Source: Octopus bimaculoides
Lineage: Eukaryota
Direction: 5' to 3'
NCBI RefSeq assembly: GCF_001194135.2
Contig: NC_069005.1
Coordinates: forward strand, 7,735,776 to 7,769,979
DNA: 34,204 nt
Of the stretch, positions 1-12,529 are shown piece by piece. Made by a program: the position numbers and the translations under genes. Every line of letters starts with the position of its first letter. Positions within the stretch are counted from its first letter, which is position 1. The notes beneath the pieces are model-generated. The model was given only the letters and a program-made list of their open reading frames with translations. It was not told the origin of the DNA and made no database searches.

Positions 1-951
1 GTTAACCCATGAAAGGATGAGAGGTGAAGATAATCCTGGTAGGATTTGAACTCAGAATGTAATAAGCAGGGAGAAATACAGCAAGGCTTTCTTTGCAGCA
101 CTTGAACAATTCTGCTAGCTCACTGCCATAATAATAATAATAATAATAATAATTTCAAATTTTGCCACAAGGGCAGCCATTTTGGGGGAGGGGACATGTC
201 ACTTACATTGACCCCAGTCTTCAACTGGTACTTAGTTTATCGACTGTGAAAGGATGAAAGGCAAAGTCAACTTCAGTGGAAGTTGAACTCGGAACGTAGC
301 GGCAGACGAAATACCGCTAAGCATTTCGCCTGGCATGTTACCGATTCTGCCAGATCACTGCCTTAATAATAATAATAATAATAATAGTACTTTCTATTAT
401 AAGCACAAGGCCTGAAATATGGGGGAAAAGGACAGTCGATTACATCGACCCCAGTACTCAACTGGTATTTAATTTATCAACCTTGAAAGGATGAAAGGTA
501 AAGGTGACCTTGGCGGAATTTGAGTCCAGAAGACAAAGATGGAGGAAATGGCACCAAGCACTTTCCCCAGTGGTGCCAATAGTTCTGCCAGCTTGCTGCC
601 TTAATATTAATAATTCTTTCTCATTTTGGAACAAGGTCAGCAATGTTGAGTGGTGTGGGAAAGAAATCGATTATGTTGACCCCCAGTACTTGGCTGGTAA
701 TTCATCGACTCTGTAAGGATGAAAGGTAAAGTTGACCTTGGCAGAATTTGAATAACTAGAAGAAATGCGCTAAGCATTTTATCCAACGCAATAAGGATTC
801 TACCAGCTCACCACCTGTAATAGCAATCCATTTAACTAAAGACACAAGGCCTGAAATTTTAAGGGATGGCTGGGGGTAGCTAGTTGATTACATCAATACC
901 AGTGATCAACTGGTACTTATTTTATTGACCCCCAAAAAGATGAAAGGCAAA
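1..951 (-). mobile_element. Head-to-tail array of five SINE copies (my family B), partly separated by (AAT)n
   Basis: Repeated block cacaagg..gaccccag..actggtactt..gaaaggatgaaagg..gaatttgaactc..ttctgccagctc at about 1-127, 153-363, 386-602, 615-816 and 830-951. The minus strand gives a tRNA-like head with a B-box-like gagttcaaattcc. Confidence 0.85.
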
Positions 952-1161
952 TATAATAATAATAATGACGATGATAATTTTTATTGAGGTGCAACGCCTT
1001 CGGATTTATTATGGTGGGTGGGCAAACAAGCTGCAGCAACATTCGTGCCTCTCCCTCTTCGAGTGGACAGGACACTGGCAGCAGCATAAAGAGATGTGAT
1101 GTGGTAACAACAACAACCAGGTATCAAAATGTAGGTTGTGCATTAAGCTCACTAGGAGCTT

Positions 1162-1197
<36 letters not shown>

Positions 1198-2519
1198 TTT
1201 CTTCCTATGCATTAACCACTACAGTTATAATAATAATAATAATAATAATAATAATGCAGAATTTAACTTCTCCAAAAATTCAAAGGTTTCAGTGATGAAT
1301 GGAAGTGTGAACAAAATAAAAATTGTTATATATATATATATATANNNNNNNNNNNNNNNNNNNNNNNNNNNNNNNNNNNNNNNNNNNNNNNNNNNNNNNN
1401 NNNNNNNNNNNNNNNNNNNNNNNNNNNNNNNNNNNNNNNNNNNNNNNNNNNNNNNNNNNNNNNNNNNNNNNNNNNNNNNNNNNNNNNNNNNNNNNNNNNN
1501 NNNNNNNNNNNNNNNNNNNNNNNNNNNNNNNNNNNNNNNNNNNNNNNNNNNNNNNNNNNNNNNNNNNNNNNNNNNNNNNNNNNNNNNNNNNNNNNNNNNN
1601 NNNNNNNNNNNNNNNNNNNNNNNNNNNNNNNNNNNNNNNNNNNNNNNNNNNNNNNNNNNNNNNNNNNNNNNNNNNNNNNNNNNNNNNNNNNNNNNNNNNN
1701 NNNNNNNNNNNNNNNNNNNNNNNNNNNNNNNNNNNNNNNNNNNNNNNNNNNNNNNNNNNNNNNNNNNNNNNNNNNNNNNNNNNNNNNNNNNNNNNNNNNN
1801 NNNNNNNNNNNNNNNNNNNNNNNNNNNNNNNNNNNNNNNNNNNNNNNNNNNNNNNNNNNNNNNNNNNNNNNNNNNNNNNNNNNNNNNNNNNNNNNNNNNN
1901 NNNNNNNNNNNNNNNNNNNNNNNNNNNNNNNNNNNNNNNNNNNNNNNNNNNNNNNNNNNNNNNNNNNNNNNNNNNNNNNNNNAAAACAACAGGGACTCAT
2001 TTACTGACAAAAATACTGGAGATGACTGGATACTATAATATATATATGTATATATATATATATATATATAATACATTTGGATTTTCACAAAACTCAACAG
2101 AATGTAGTAGAGTTTACTTGTTTGAACTGGATGATTCACTTAGTCACCACTCAGATGATTTATTTGTCACTGTATGTCATTGATAGAAAGCAAAGGACTT
2201 GTCCATAAGATAAAGTTTGAGCAGCAATAGAGCGAATCATCCATTCTGAATTGGGGTTAACGGGAGAGAAAGAGAGGAACAGGGGAAAAAGAGATGTGTT
2301 CTGTCTAGAAGTGACTGCAGGCATGCATGTGGGGAGGGCTGGAGGATTTAAAAAGTTGACAGAGAACTAAAGAGAAAAAAAAAAAAAACAATTCTAACAG
2401 AAGGCATGAGGTCATAGATTTCTGAGAAGTGAGTTGATGCAATCAACCCTCAAAGATTGAAAAGTGAAGATGTCTTCTTTGACAGGACTTAATAATAATA
2501 ATAATAATAGTAATAATAA

Positions 2520-2738
2520 TACTTTTTAATATAGGCAGAAGGCCTGAAATTTGGGCAAGGGAAAGGGACTAGTTGATTACATTGACCCCAGTGTTTCACT
2601 GGTACTTAACTTATCGACCCTGAAAGGATGAAGGGCAAAGTCGACCTTGGTGGAATTTGAACTCGGAACGTAAAGATGAACAAAATGCCGCTAAGCATTT
2701 TGTCCAGAGTACGAATGATTTTCTGCTAGCTTGCCGCC

Positions 2739-2773
<35 letters not shown>

Positions 2774-2990
2774 CCATTTTTTTATAGGCACAAGGCCTGG
2801 AACTTGTGGGGAATGGATTAGTCGATAACATCCACCCCAGTCCTCCTTGACTGGTACTTAATTTATCAACCCTGAAAGGATGAAAGGCAAAGTCAACGTC
2901 GGTGGAATCTGAACTCAGAATGTCAACACAAACGAAATATCACCAAGCATTTCACCTGGTGTACTAATAACTCTGCCAGCTCACTACCTT

Positions 2991-2992
<2 letters not shown>
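2520..2992 (-). mobile_element. Two tandem family B SINE copies flanked by (AAT)n
   Basis: Same motifs as 1-951, at about 2520-2740 and 2775-2992. Confidence 0.85.
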
Positions 2993-3051
<59 letters not shown>

Positions 3052-3067
3052 GCAGCCTATTTTTAAG

Positions 3068-3630
3068 TTAGAGAAGAGACTGTGTGAGTGTGTATGTATG
3101 AGAAAGAGAAGAGAAAATAAGTGTATGAGGAAAGGGAGAGAGGTGTGCAAGAAAAAGGGGAGTGTGAGATGTGAGAGACAGAGGTGTGTTTGAGAAAGAG
3201 GGGAGAGGAAGAGATGTGAAGAAGAGGGAAAATAGGTGTGTGAGAAAGAGGTGAGAGAGATGTGTGGAAAAGAAAGATGTTTGTGAAAAAGAGAGCAGAG
3301 GGAGGAGTGTGTGAGAAAGAGGGGGAGATGTAATAAAGAGGGAGAAAGAGATGTGAAAAAGGAAAAAGAGAGAAAGGTGTGTGAGAAAGAAAGGAGAGAG
3401 GTACGAGAAAGTGGGGAAAATAGGTCTAAAAGAAAAGGAGAGATGCAAGAAAAAAGGGGAGAAAGTGTGAGAAAGAAGGGAGAGAAGTGTAGGAAAGAGA
3501 TGTTTGTGAAAAAGAGGGGAGCAGGAGAAGTGTGTGAGGGGGATAGAGATGTGAGAAAGGAGAAAGAGAAAGAGAGAAGTTTGTGATGAAGAGAAGAGTG
3601 AGAGAAAGACGTGAGAAAGAAAAAGGGGCA
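3068..3630. repeat. Purine-rich degenerate (GA)/(GAAA)/GTGT low-complexity tract
   Basis: Recurring gagaaagag and gagatgtg words. C is nearly absent on the plus strand. Confidence 0.85.
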
Positions 3631-3974
3631 AGAAAATCTTTAATGGGGTTGGAGCAGCGGGGTAGGGGAAAGAAAGAATCCAAGAAACAGAATTTGCAAG
3701 AAAAGAAAAAAGAAAAAGAAAAAGAGTAACAGAAAAACATAAAACAAAAGTTCATCCCACTAAAATTCATTATTATTACAAACATGATAAATTATTGTTA
3801 AATTGTTTACTGATACGAAGACAAACTAGTGGCAGCATATCCTTGAATGATACGCCACACGCACAAAATAAAAAATAAATAAAAAAAAAAATCACTGATT
3901 TAACATCTTTACTACAGAATTGCGCAATCACACATTCCAGTTTAATAATTATATAATAATAATAATAATAATAG

Positions 3975-4005
<31 letters not shown>

Positions 4006-4006
4006 G

Positions 4007-4037
<31 letters not shown>

Positions 4038-4126
4038 TAATAAAGGCCATAGCTTATGCCATGACTGAAATTGATATATATATAATTATTATTGTTACAT
4101 ACATATCTATATAAATATATATATAC

Positions 4127-4159
<33 letters not shown>

Positions 4160-5179
4160 AATGTATGTATGTATATTTGAAAAAAGCCTATAATTGGAAT
4201 ACAAGTCCTTTTAAACAATTTGCAAAATTATTAATTACATAGGTTGCATACTAGATGTAGTCCGTNNNNNNNNNNNNNNNNNNNNNNNNNNNNNNNNNNN
4301 NNNNNNNNNNNNNNNNNNNNNNNNNNNNNNNNNNNNNNNNNNNNNNNNNNNNNNNNNNNNNNNNNNNNNNNNNNNNNNNNNNNNNNNNNNNNNNNNNNNN
4401 NNNNNNNNNNNNNNNNNNNNNNNNNNNNNNNNNNNNNNNNNNNNNNNNNNNNNNNNNNNNNNNNNNNNNNNNNNNNNNNNNNNNNNNNNNNNNNNNNNNN
4501 NNNNNNNNNNNNNNNNNNNNNNNNNNNNNNNNNNNNNNNNNNNNNNNNNNNNNNNNNNNNNNNNNNNNNNNNNNNNNNNNNNNNNNNNNNNNNNNNNNNN
4601 NNNNNNNNNNNNNNNNNNNNNNNNNNNNNNNNNNNNNNNNNNNNNNNNNNNNNNNNNNNNNNNNNNNNNNNNNNNNNNNNNNNNNNNNNNNNNNNNNNNN
4701 NNNNNNNNNNNNNNNNNNNNNNNNNNNNNNNNNNNNNNNNNNNNNNNNNNNNNNNNNNNNNNNNNNNNNNNNNNNNNNNNNNNNNNNNNNNNNNNNNNNN
4801 NNNNNNNNNNNNNNNNNNNNNNNNNNNNNNNNNNNNNNNNNNNNNNNNNNNNNNNNNNNNNNNNNNNNNNNNNNNNNNNNNNNNNNNNNNNNNNNNNNNN
4901 NNNNNNNNNNNNNNNNNNNNNNNNNNNNNNNNNNNNNNNNNNNNNNNNNNNNNNNNNNNNNNNNNNNNNNNNNNNNNNNNNNNNNNNNNNNNNNNNNNNN
5001 NNNNNNNNNNNNNNNNNNNNNNNNNNNNNNNNNNNATGAGAAGCAAGTGGCAGGAGCTCAACACCTGAGGGCTGCACGACTAAGAATTTTCGAGGTAAAT
5101 ATTTCATTTAGGCATGGATTCTCGAAAAGTCTGTGGGTCAGTTTGCCCGTGACTGGTTTAACCTTTTGCCTGTCCAAAA

Positions 5180-5472
5180 CATCATCATCATCATAGTCTT
5201 AACGTCCGCTTTCCATGCTAGCATGGGTTGGACGATTTGACTGAGGACTGGTGAACCAGATGGCTACACCAGGCTCCAGTCTGATTTGGCAGAGTTTCTA
5301 CAGCTGGATGCCCTTCCTAACGCCAACCACTCAGTGTAGTGGGTACTTTTATGTGTCACCCGCACAAAGGCCAGTCAGGTAGTACTGGCAACGGCCACGT
5401 TCAAAATGGTGTATTTTATGTGCCACCCACACAAGAGCCAGTCCAGAGGCACTGGCAACGATCTCGCTCGAA
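5180..5472 (-). mobile_element. Family D element (probable RTE 3' end or RTE-mobilised SINE) with (GAT)n tail
   Basis: Reverse complement of 19505-19742, extended by internal subrepeats. Confidence 0.85.
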
Positions 5473-5689
5473 AATCCTACGAAGGCAAAACGTTTTCATA
5501 ATTTTCTCTTAAACGTCCCTTCTTGTTGTGAGTGATGTAAAACTTTCCTTTCATAAGTCTCAAGTTAATCAGGTTATTGAATGATGGCATGGATGCAAGA
5601 TATATTTAAGGAAATATGTCCCATGCGTCACATGTGATATACAGGACAGGCAAGAGATTAAAGAAACTTAAAACACAATTTTTATCATT

Positions 5690-5940
5690 CTTGGCACATG
5701 TCCTCAGGCTGACACCCAAACACTCTGAAATATCCATATTAGAGCTTCTGGGGCAAATGCCAAGCAGGACAGCTTGTTTCCAAATTCTTGTCAGAGTGAA
5801 TTGCGTCATGGTGCTGTTTTTCTCGCAGATGGTGCCCAACTGACCTTACTATACTGTGTAGTCAACAAAATCAAAAACAAACAATGCGCATGCATGAAAT
5901 AAAAAATATAAAATGCCGACAATTTACCCATCACACCTTG
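5690..5940 (-). mobile_element. 5' fragment of a Tc1/mariner-type DNA transposon (left end plus degraded transposase N-terminus)
   Basis: Minus strand starts TA|CAAGGTGTGATGGGTAAATTG, followed by MTQFTLTRIWKQAVLLGICPRSSNMDISECLGVSLRT, an HTH-like segment I recognise from memory only. Confidence 0.5.
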
Positions 5941-6053
<113 letters not shown>

Positions 6054-6116
6054 TAGAGATAAAGGGGAAGGACAGAGTAATTTTTTTTTTAACCAACAGA
6101 AAGGTGTGCAACCTAC

Positions 6117-6287
6117 CTCATCCACATGTTTACTCTCAATTCTTAATTGCTGTTGAATTTGTTTAAGTTGTTGAAAAGCAAGGTGATCTAATTCGTTGCT
6201 TTGAGAACAGAGTGGAAAAGAATTGAGAGAAGACCCAGATTTAAGCTTTTCCACTTCCATTTGCAGTGTCTTCACACGACTTAATGC
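6117..6287 (-). CDS. unk: Unkempt exon, end of coiled coil (ALSRVKTLQMEVEKLKSGSSLNSFPLCSQSNELDHLAFQQLKQIQQQLRIESKHVDE); last exon found, no stop codon
   Basis: Resembles UNK ALEVQVKKLQEELERL...LYSLQKQLRAHLEQVDK. Acceptor ctacag, donor gtaggt, 171 nt, phase 0/0. Confidence 0.92.
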
Positions 6288-6543
6288 CTGTAGGTAAACA
6301 AAGAAAACAAACAATCTTTAGAAACTCTATGACGCTTACCATTAATAATCCCTGGTGCTGTAAACACTACTTCCCTTATACAAAAAAAAAGACAAAATTG
6401 AAAGTTGGGATGAATTCTTAAGATTACTCTCAACAATGTTAGTGCAGACACAACTAGAACTGAAGGTCACTGCTGAGTTTTTGACAGTTGAATAATTTAT
6501 ATAAGTATATACATGCATATTATATATCTGGTACCTCATCATC

Positions 6544-6927
6544 GAAGGCGCAATGGCCCAGTGGTTAGGGCAGCAGACTCGCGGTCATAGGATCGCGGTT
6601 TCGATTCCCAGACCCAGCGTTGTGAGTGTTTATTGAGTGAAAACACCTAAAGCTCTACGAGGCTCCGGCAGGGGATGGTGGCGAACCCTGCTGTACTGTT
6701 TCACCACAACTTTCTCTCACTCTTACTTCCTGTTTCTCTTGTGCCTGTAATTCAAAGGGTCAGCCTTGTCACACTGTGTTACGCTGAATATCCCCGAGAA
6801 CTACGTTAAGGGTACACGTGTCTGTGGAGTGCTCAGCCATTTGCACGTTAATTTCACGAGCAGGCTGTTCCGTTGATCGGATCAACTGGAACCCTCAACG
6901 TCGTAAGCGATGGAGTGCCAACAACAA
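6544..6927 (+). mobile_element. tRNA-derived SINE (my family A; head resembles tRNA-Arg)
   Basis: A-box-like tggcccagtggttagg, B-box-like gtttcgattcc, (CAA)n tail. TSD cctcatcatc (6534-6543) / ccccatcatc (6928-6937), 1 mismatch. Confidence 0.9.
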
Positions 6928-7282
6928 CCCCATCATCAATTTACAGCTCCAACCAACCCCTTCTAAAATGTGAGTTGTTATGAAGCTCCACTTCAGCAAG
7001 AAACCTGTTCTGCTCTGACCCTTTTCTCATTAGTATAAATGATACAAGTTTATTAATGCTGCATTTTGCAGTAAACTAGGCTGGAAGCTGTGAGCACTTG
7101 AAGTTTCTGCTCATAAATTAGTGTGGATTAAAAGAGGTTCCACATTGTCAGTGTCTGGAAAGTCAGTGTTGTATCTGTACAATTTTTATGTTGTAAATGT
7201 ATAAAGTCTATACATGACTGTGTGTACATTTATATCACTAAGGAAATGACCAATAAATTGATGGGTTGAACAAAACTCATCA

Positions 7283-7445
7283 TTTAACGTCCGCTTTCCA
7301 TGCTAGCATGAGTTGCACGATTTGACTAGGGACTGGCGAATCAGATGGCTACAGCTGGATGCCCTTCCTAATGCCAACCACTCTGAAAGCGTGGGTGCTT
7401 TATACGTGCCACCGGCACGAGGGCCAGTCTGGCGGTACTGGCAAT
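7283..7445 (-). mobile_element. Family D element with an internal deletion
   Basis: tttaacgtccgctttccatgctagcatg...acagctggatgcccttcctaatgccaaccactc. Confidence 0.8.
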
Positions 7446-7646
7446 TTTGTGATATTTAGTCTGCTATGTCATGTCACACTTAGGACTTAGCCACTCAACA
7501 ATTGGAAATCAATAAACTAAGTATCTAACAAAGTATGAGGGCCAATGTAATAGACTAAAAGATGCCTTGAAAACAGTAGCTCTGCAATCTACAAAGCCAC
7601 TGTCCAATGACTGACACTGAAAAAAACAAATAAACAAACCACTCAC

Positions 7647-7721
7647 CTCATCCCTTTGTTTGGCAACAAGTTTCATTTTCCTAAGAGATTCTTCTTCTTC
7701 TTTTTTCCATGCCTCACAAGC
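7647..7721 (-). CDS. unk: Unkempt exon, coiled coil (ACEAWKKEEEESLRKMKLVAKQRDE)
   Basis: Matches UNK ACDAWKKEAEE...EQRD. Acceptor atccag, donor gtgagt, 75 nt, phase 0/0. Confidence 0.93.
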
Positions 7722-9108
7722 CTGGATAGTAAACAGCATTTGGAAAGAAAAAAAAAGAAGAAAATAATCTTTTTTTTCAAAGGAGTATCTTAGAATAAAA
7801 ATAACAAGTTGCATATTTTGTGATGTACAGGTCGACATAGTATAGAGTGTAAACATCTAGACACTATCATTATCTTTTCAAATCTTGCTGCTTTTTACAT
7901 GGAACTTTTGGCTCTCTAAAGTAATGATTCCCAACTGTAGTCCATATAAGAATTTGTTAAAATTTATGTACAATATATTGATTACACTTCTACAATATAC
8001 AAAATATCTTCATTTTTTTTTTAATACAATTCCTAATAATATTTAATTATGAAAATATAATTGGATTTTTTTTTTAAACATTGAATGTAGTGGGGCTCTG
8101 AAAGGGGTCTCAGGGAGTAGTGTCCTTGCCTTCCTGAGCTAGTTTTCCATCACATTTCTTAAAAATCATGGTAGAGGTCTTGGTTTTGGGACCACTCATG
8201 TCTAGAAACTGAGGTTGTGGGTAAGCAAGGGAATGCTCCTCATAGAAAATCCGGCTCCAAAAAAGCCTCATGATAGCAAAGGAGAATGGGCACCGGCCAG
8301 CCCAAAGGTTGGGGTGAGCTGCACCTGCCTACCTATGTTGCTGTGGCATTGAGGTAGAACTGGCAACCTCTGTTAACGGGGACAAAACCCAGATTCAAAA
8401 CACTGATGATGATGATGAATGGCCAGGTAACCTTGTACTTCCTCTACAGCAAGACACCTGTTTCTTGTCTCCCTGTCTCACTATAACCTTTCGTCACCCA
8501 GGATTCACCTGAGTAAAATAGTAATCAAAGGGGTTCGTAGGTAAAAAATGGTTGAGAACCACTGCCCTAAAGCCATCTAGGTATACAAGTTGACCTACCT
8601 TTATTTGGTTGTAAATTTTGGTTTGAAAAATTTGACTTGTACACTAGAAAATATAGTAAATATGGCATTTTCACATGTAGATTAATCCTCATCATTTTGA
8701 ATCCATTTTTTTCTTACTTAGGTTGGATGAATGAATGTTCTTCAGCACCATGTCTCATCACATGTTACAGACTCTCACCATTTACTTCATGAGAATGACC
8801 TGCACCACATCCTTCATTTTCAATGTCAATCTGCTATCAAGAAATATTGCACGTGTGTGCATGTGTGTATTACTGTCTCCTTACTTTGACATCACATAAC
8901 GGTTGTAAATGGGTGCCTTCATCTTCATCATTTAAACAGTATCCTTCGTTTCTAATCTTCCCTGAAAAGCATGTCTGGTCATGAGGAAACATTACTTTGC
9001 CTGGAAACAGGTGACGCTTGGCAACAAGAAGGGCATCCAGCTGTAAAAATTCCATCTGATTTGTGTGAACATGGAAGATTAGGTGTTAAATGATGATAAT
9101 AATCTACC

Positions 9109-9336
9109 TTTTGCTTGTTTCAGTCATTAGACTGCGGCCATGCTGGGGCATGGCCTTGAGGAATCTTTAGTTGACTGAATCAACCCTAGTACTTGTTTTT
9201 CTTTAAGCCTGGTATACTTATTCTATCAATCACTTTTGCTGAGCCACTAAGTTATGGGGACATAAACACATCAACACTAGTTGTCAAGTGGTGATGGGGA
9301 ACAAACACAGACACAAAGATACACACACATAGATAT

Positions 9337-9429
<93 letters not shown>

Positions 9430-9585
9430 TATATGGATTTCTTTCAGTTTCTATCTACCAATTCCACTCACAAGTCTTTGGTTGGCCCAAGGCTATAGAA
9501 GACGCTTGCCCAAGGTGCAATGAAGTCAGTCTGGACCCAGAACCATGTGGTTAGGAAGCAAGCTTCTAACCACACAGCCATGCCT
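9109..9585 (-). mobile_element. tRNA-derived SINE (my family C) with an internal (CA)n(TA)n microsatellite
   Basis: Colinear with 33161-33539. The minus strand has a tRNA-like head followed by ccttgggcaag. Confidence 0.85.
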
Positions 9586-9868
9586 GCACCTATAACCTAT
9601 GCTGTATATGAATAATTCAACTTAGAATGAAGAATCCAAAGTACAAAGTTTAAATATATAAATATAGTATAAACGACAAAAGTGGCTTTACCATTTATCC
9701 TTACAAATCCAATAAAATAAGTACATACAAAGCATTTGGGTTCGATGTAACCAACTAAACTCTTGGAAGCTGTACTTGAGCACTGTCATAGTCCATTGAT
9801 CTGGACCTCATAAAAGAATAAAAGAGCTTGGCATATTTTAAAGAATTAAATTTAAGCAGCATACTCAC

Positions 9869-10096
9869 AGATTTTGCTTGAACATAAGCTTCTTCCCTGC
9901 GAGTTAAATAACTGCGCAAATTCATCAATTCTTCTTTTAATTTGAACATTTCTAAAGGTTGACTATTTGTATATGATGAAGAGTATAAAGGTGAATGTGG
10001 CCCACCACCACTCTGTGGTGACATTGAATTTAGCTCAGTATAAGCAGGCATAGCAAACATTCCTGGGTTTGGTTGACTTAGGAACGCTGCAGCAGT
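9869..10096 (-). CDS. unk: Unkempt exon, start of coiled coil (TAAAFLSQPNPG...EMFKLKEELMNLRSYLTRREEAYVQAKS)
   Basis: Acceptor tttttcccag, donor gtgagt, 228 nt, phase 0/0. The end resembles UNK LREEL.......WEESWKQAKQ. Confidence 0.92.
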
Positions 10097-10438
10097 CTGG
10101 GAAAAAGAATTAAAAAACAAAAAAATCATAAGAGATGGTCTATTTTTTTTCTTTTTTTTGCTGATACAGGAATAGGTGGAATTCTAATTTAAATATACTA
10201 TATAATGCCTTTTTTTATTATTATTTTTTGGAATTTTCAGAAAATTATTACAAACTTGGGATCTTTCCTGTTTGGCTGACATGGTTAATTTCTGTTTAAA
10301 TTAGTTTCATATTCAGTGTAACGAAACAATGCCATGAAAATCATTTTCACCATAAAATCACTAAATAAAGAATTATTATGTATATATATATATATATATA
10401 GATAGATAGATAGATAGATAACAAAAATCAATTTTTAC

Positions 10439-10626
10439 TTGATCCAATGGCTCTGCAGGAACAGTTTTTGGTTGCTGGGTCAAAGGAAGCTGTGGTATTA
10501 GCCCGGCAGGGGTTGTGCTAAAACTACCAAAGGGGGAGGTTGGTGACTGTGACAGACTGCCAATGCTGCCTCGTTGGATACCACGAGGAGGAATACTAAC
10601 CGGAACAGATGTGGCTCCAAAGCAAC
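10439..10626 (-). CDS. unk: Unkempt exon ((G)CFGATSVPVSIPPRGIQRGSIGSLSQSPTSPFGSFSTTPAGLIPQLPLTQQPKTVPAEPLDQ)
   Basis: (CT)n tract plus tttcag acceptor, donor gtaaaa, 188 nt, phase 1 in and 0 out. Ser/Pro-rich with a PVxIP motif. Confidence 0.88.
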
Positions 10627-10861
10627 CTGAAATAGAGAGAGAGAGAGACACAGTTTTACAGTATTTCACAAAACACACCAAGAGACAATGAATAAATATG
10701 TAAGCATGTATTTAGGGGATAGATATTGGTTAAGTGGTAAAGGAGTTCATTTCAAAAGCTTGTGGTTTTAGGTTTTACCTTATGCAAGTGTCATCTGCTA
10801 TTGCCGTGGAGGGACCAATACCTTGCAGGGGAAATGTGTGTGTGTATATACATTTCTCAAA

Positions 10862-11110
10862 ATGCAAGTGTGGGACTGCCCTGCTTGGTGTAGCTGTATG
10901 AGCAGAGGTGCCACCTCCTACAAACAAAACAGGATTGCAGGAGCACAAAGAAAATGTGAGCTGTGCAAGTCCAGAGCCAACTCCAATGCCCAACCTGCAG
11001 CAGAACCTTTTGAGCATGCAGTGGCCTGATTGGTCACAGCCAGACACCCTGACCCGTCTATTTCTCTCATGCGTTCTCCTTGGTCATTGTCAACGATGAC
11101 AAACATTATT
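10862..11110 (+). mobile_element. Decayed RTE LINE 3' end with a relic C-terminal zinc finger
   Basis: WDCPAWCSCMSRGATSYKQNRIAGAQRKCELCKSRA, then after a frameshift CPTCSRTF*ACSGLIGHSQT. This resembles the RTE C-terminus DRxxW..G...E..R...CPxCxRxFxAxIGLxSH. Confidence 0.75.
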
Positions 11111-11125
11111 ATGTATAGTTTGTGC

Positions 11126-11162
<37 letters not shown>

Positions 11163-12529
11163 NNNNNNNNNNNNNNNNNNNNNNNNNNNNNNNNNNNNNN
11201 NNNNNNNNNNNNNNNNNNNNNNNNNNNNNNNNNNNNNNNNNNNNNNNNNNNNNNNNNNNNNNNNNNNNNNNNNNNNNNNNNNNNNNNNNNNNNNNNNNNN
11301 NNNNNNNNNNNNNNNNNNNNNNNNNNNNNNNNNNNNNNNNNNNNNNNNNNNNNNNNNNNNNNNNNNNNNNNNNNNNNNNNNNNNNNNNNNNNNNNNNNNN
11401 NNNNNNNNNNNNNNNNNNNNNNNNNNNNNNNNNNNNNNNNNNNNNNNNNNNNNNNNNNNNNNNNNNNNNNNNNNNNNNNNNNNNNNNNNNNNNNNNNNNN
11501 NNNNNNNNNNNNNNNNNNNNNNNNNNNNNNNNNNNNNNNNNNNNNNNNNNNNNNNNNNNNNNNNNNNNNNNNNNNNNNNNNNNNNNNNNNNNNNNNNNNN
11601 NNNNNNNNNNNNNNNNNNNNNNNNNNNNNNNNNNNNNNNNNNNNNNNNNNNNNNNNNNNNNNNNNNNNNNNNNNNNNNNNNNNNNNNNNNNNNNNNNNNN
11701 NNNNNNNNNNNNNNNNNNNNNNNNNNNNNNNNNNNNNNNNNNNNNNNNNNNNNNNNNNNNNNNNNNNNNNNNNNNNNNNNNNNNNNNNNNNNNNNNNNNN
11801 NNNNNNNNNNNNNNNNNNNNNNNNNNNNNNNNNNNNNNNNNNNNNNNNNNNNNNNNNNNNNNNNNNNNNNNNNNNNNNNNNNNNNNNNNNNNNNNNNNNN
11901 NNNNNNNNNNNNNNNNNNNNNNNNNATGAAACAAGGATTAACTAAACAAGCATGGAGGTTTCAGACAAACTTATGAAAATGCTTCGCACAGGCAAAAGGT
12001 TACTGTCCATTTCCCCATGATAGCACAAGTTGGATGAGTGCTTATTTGAGATAGGACCCTAAGGCCAACCATAAGAAAGAAGTTCTGTGCATGTGTGTGC
12101 GTGTGCGCCAAAAGTCATGCACCAAAACATTTGTATTCATTGTTATTTTATTCAAGTGTTTTTTGAAACGTGCAATGTTTATACATTGAGATTTAATCTT
12201 GGTGCATGACTTTTGCACCCCCCCCCCACACACACACAAATGGAGATGAGATCTCCGCAAGCTAGAGTGATCTGGAAGAAACAAAAGAACCTGATACAAA
12301 ATGGCAAGAGAATTCTGGTGCAAAACAATTTCTCTTGTGTTCAGAACAGGAAGGAATACATTCAGTACATCCTGTAAAGCTGTTGGTGACAGGAAAAAAC
12401 AACAACAACAAAAAAAAAACATAACATACACAAACTAATGATAAGGACAGGGTTTTTACTGTTGTTGTATCAAATGATGAATGATCATGAGACAATGTTG
12501 CGGTGGAGCAGAGTTGTCTGCTAGTGCAG

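Noticed and set aside
1-951. Regular repeat-spacer pattern resembling a CRISPR array
   Set aside because: The units are ~200-bp diverged SINEs with microsatellite spacers in eukaryotic DNA, with no cas genes.
1009-1212. Cys/His-rich minus-strand ORF as a candidate RING exon
   Set aside because: The Cys spacing does not fit a RING, there is no convincing acceptor, and part of the ORF is (GA)n repeat.
3068-3785. Phe/Leu/Ser-rich or Lys/Glu/Arg-rich ORFs resembling membrane or charged proteins
   Set aside because: They are translations of the GA-rich low-complexity tract.
1136-5107. Long ORFs of 224-338 aa in the supplied track, here and at 10918-11976 and 19035-19664
   Set aside because: They are artefacts of N-runs and microsatellites being translated without stops.
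6544-6620. tRNA-like sequences at SINE heads, here and at 16820, 20574, 24480 and 28375
   Set aside because: They lack a closable acceptor stem and continue into SINE bodies, so they are not tRNA genes.
10908-11099. Cys-rich small ORFs suggesting a novel peptide or zinc-finger gene
   Set aside because: They are explained as a frameshifted, stop-containing RTE LINE C-terminus.
12290-12379. Possible extra unk exon (ALQDVLNVFLPVLNTREIVLHQNSLAILYQ) after a good pyrimidine tract and CAG
   Set aside because: The donor is weak (gttctt), the 89-nt length would break the phase 1/1 junction, there is no Unkempt similarity, and the flanking exons join cleanly without it.
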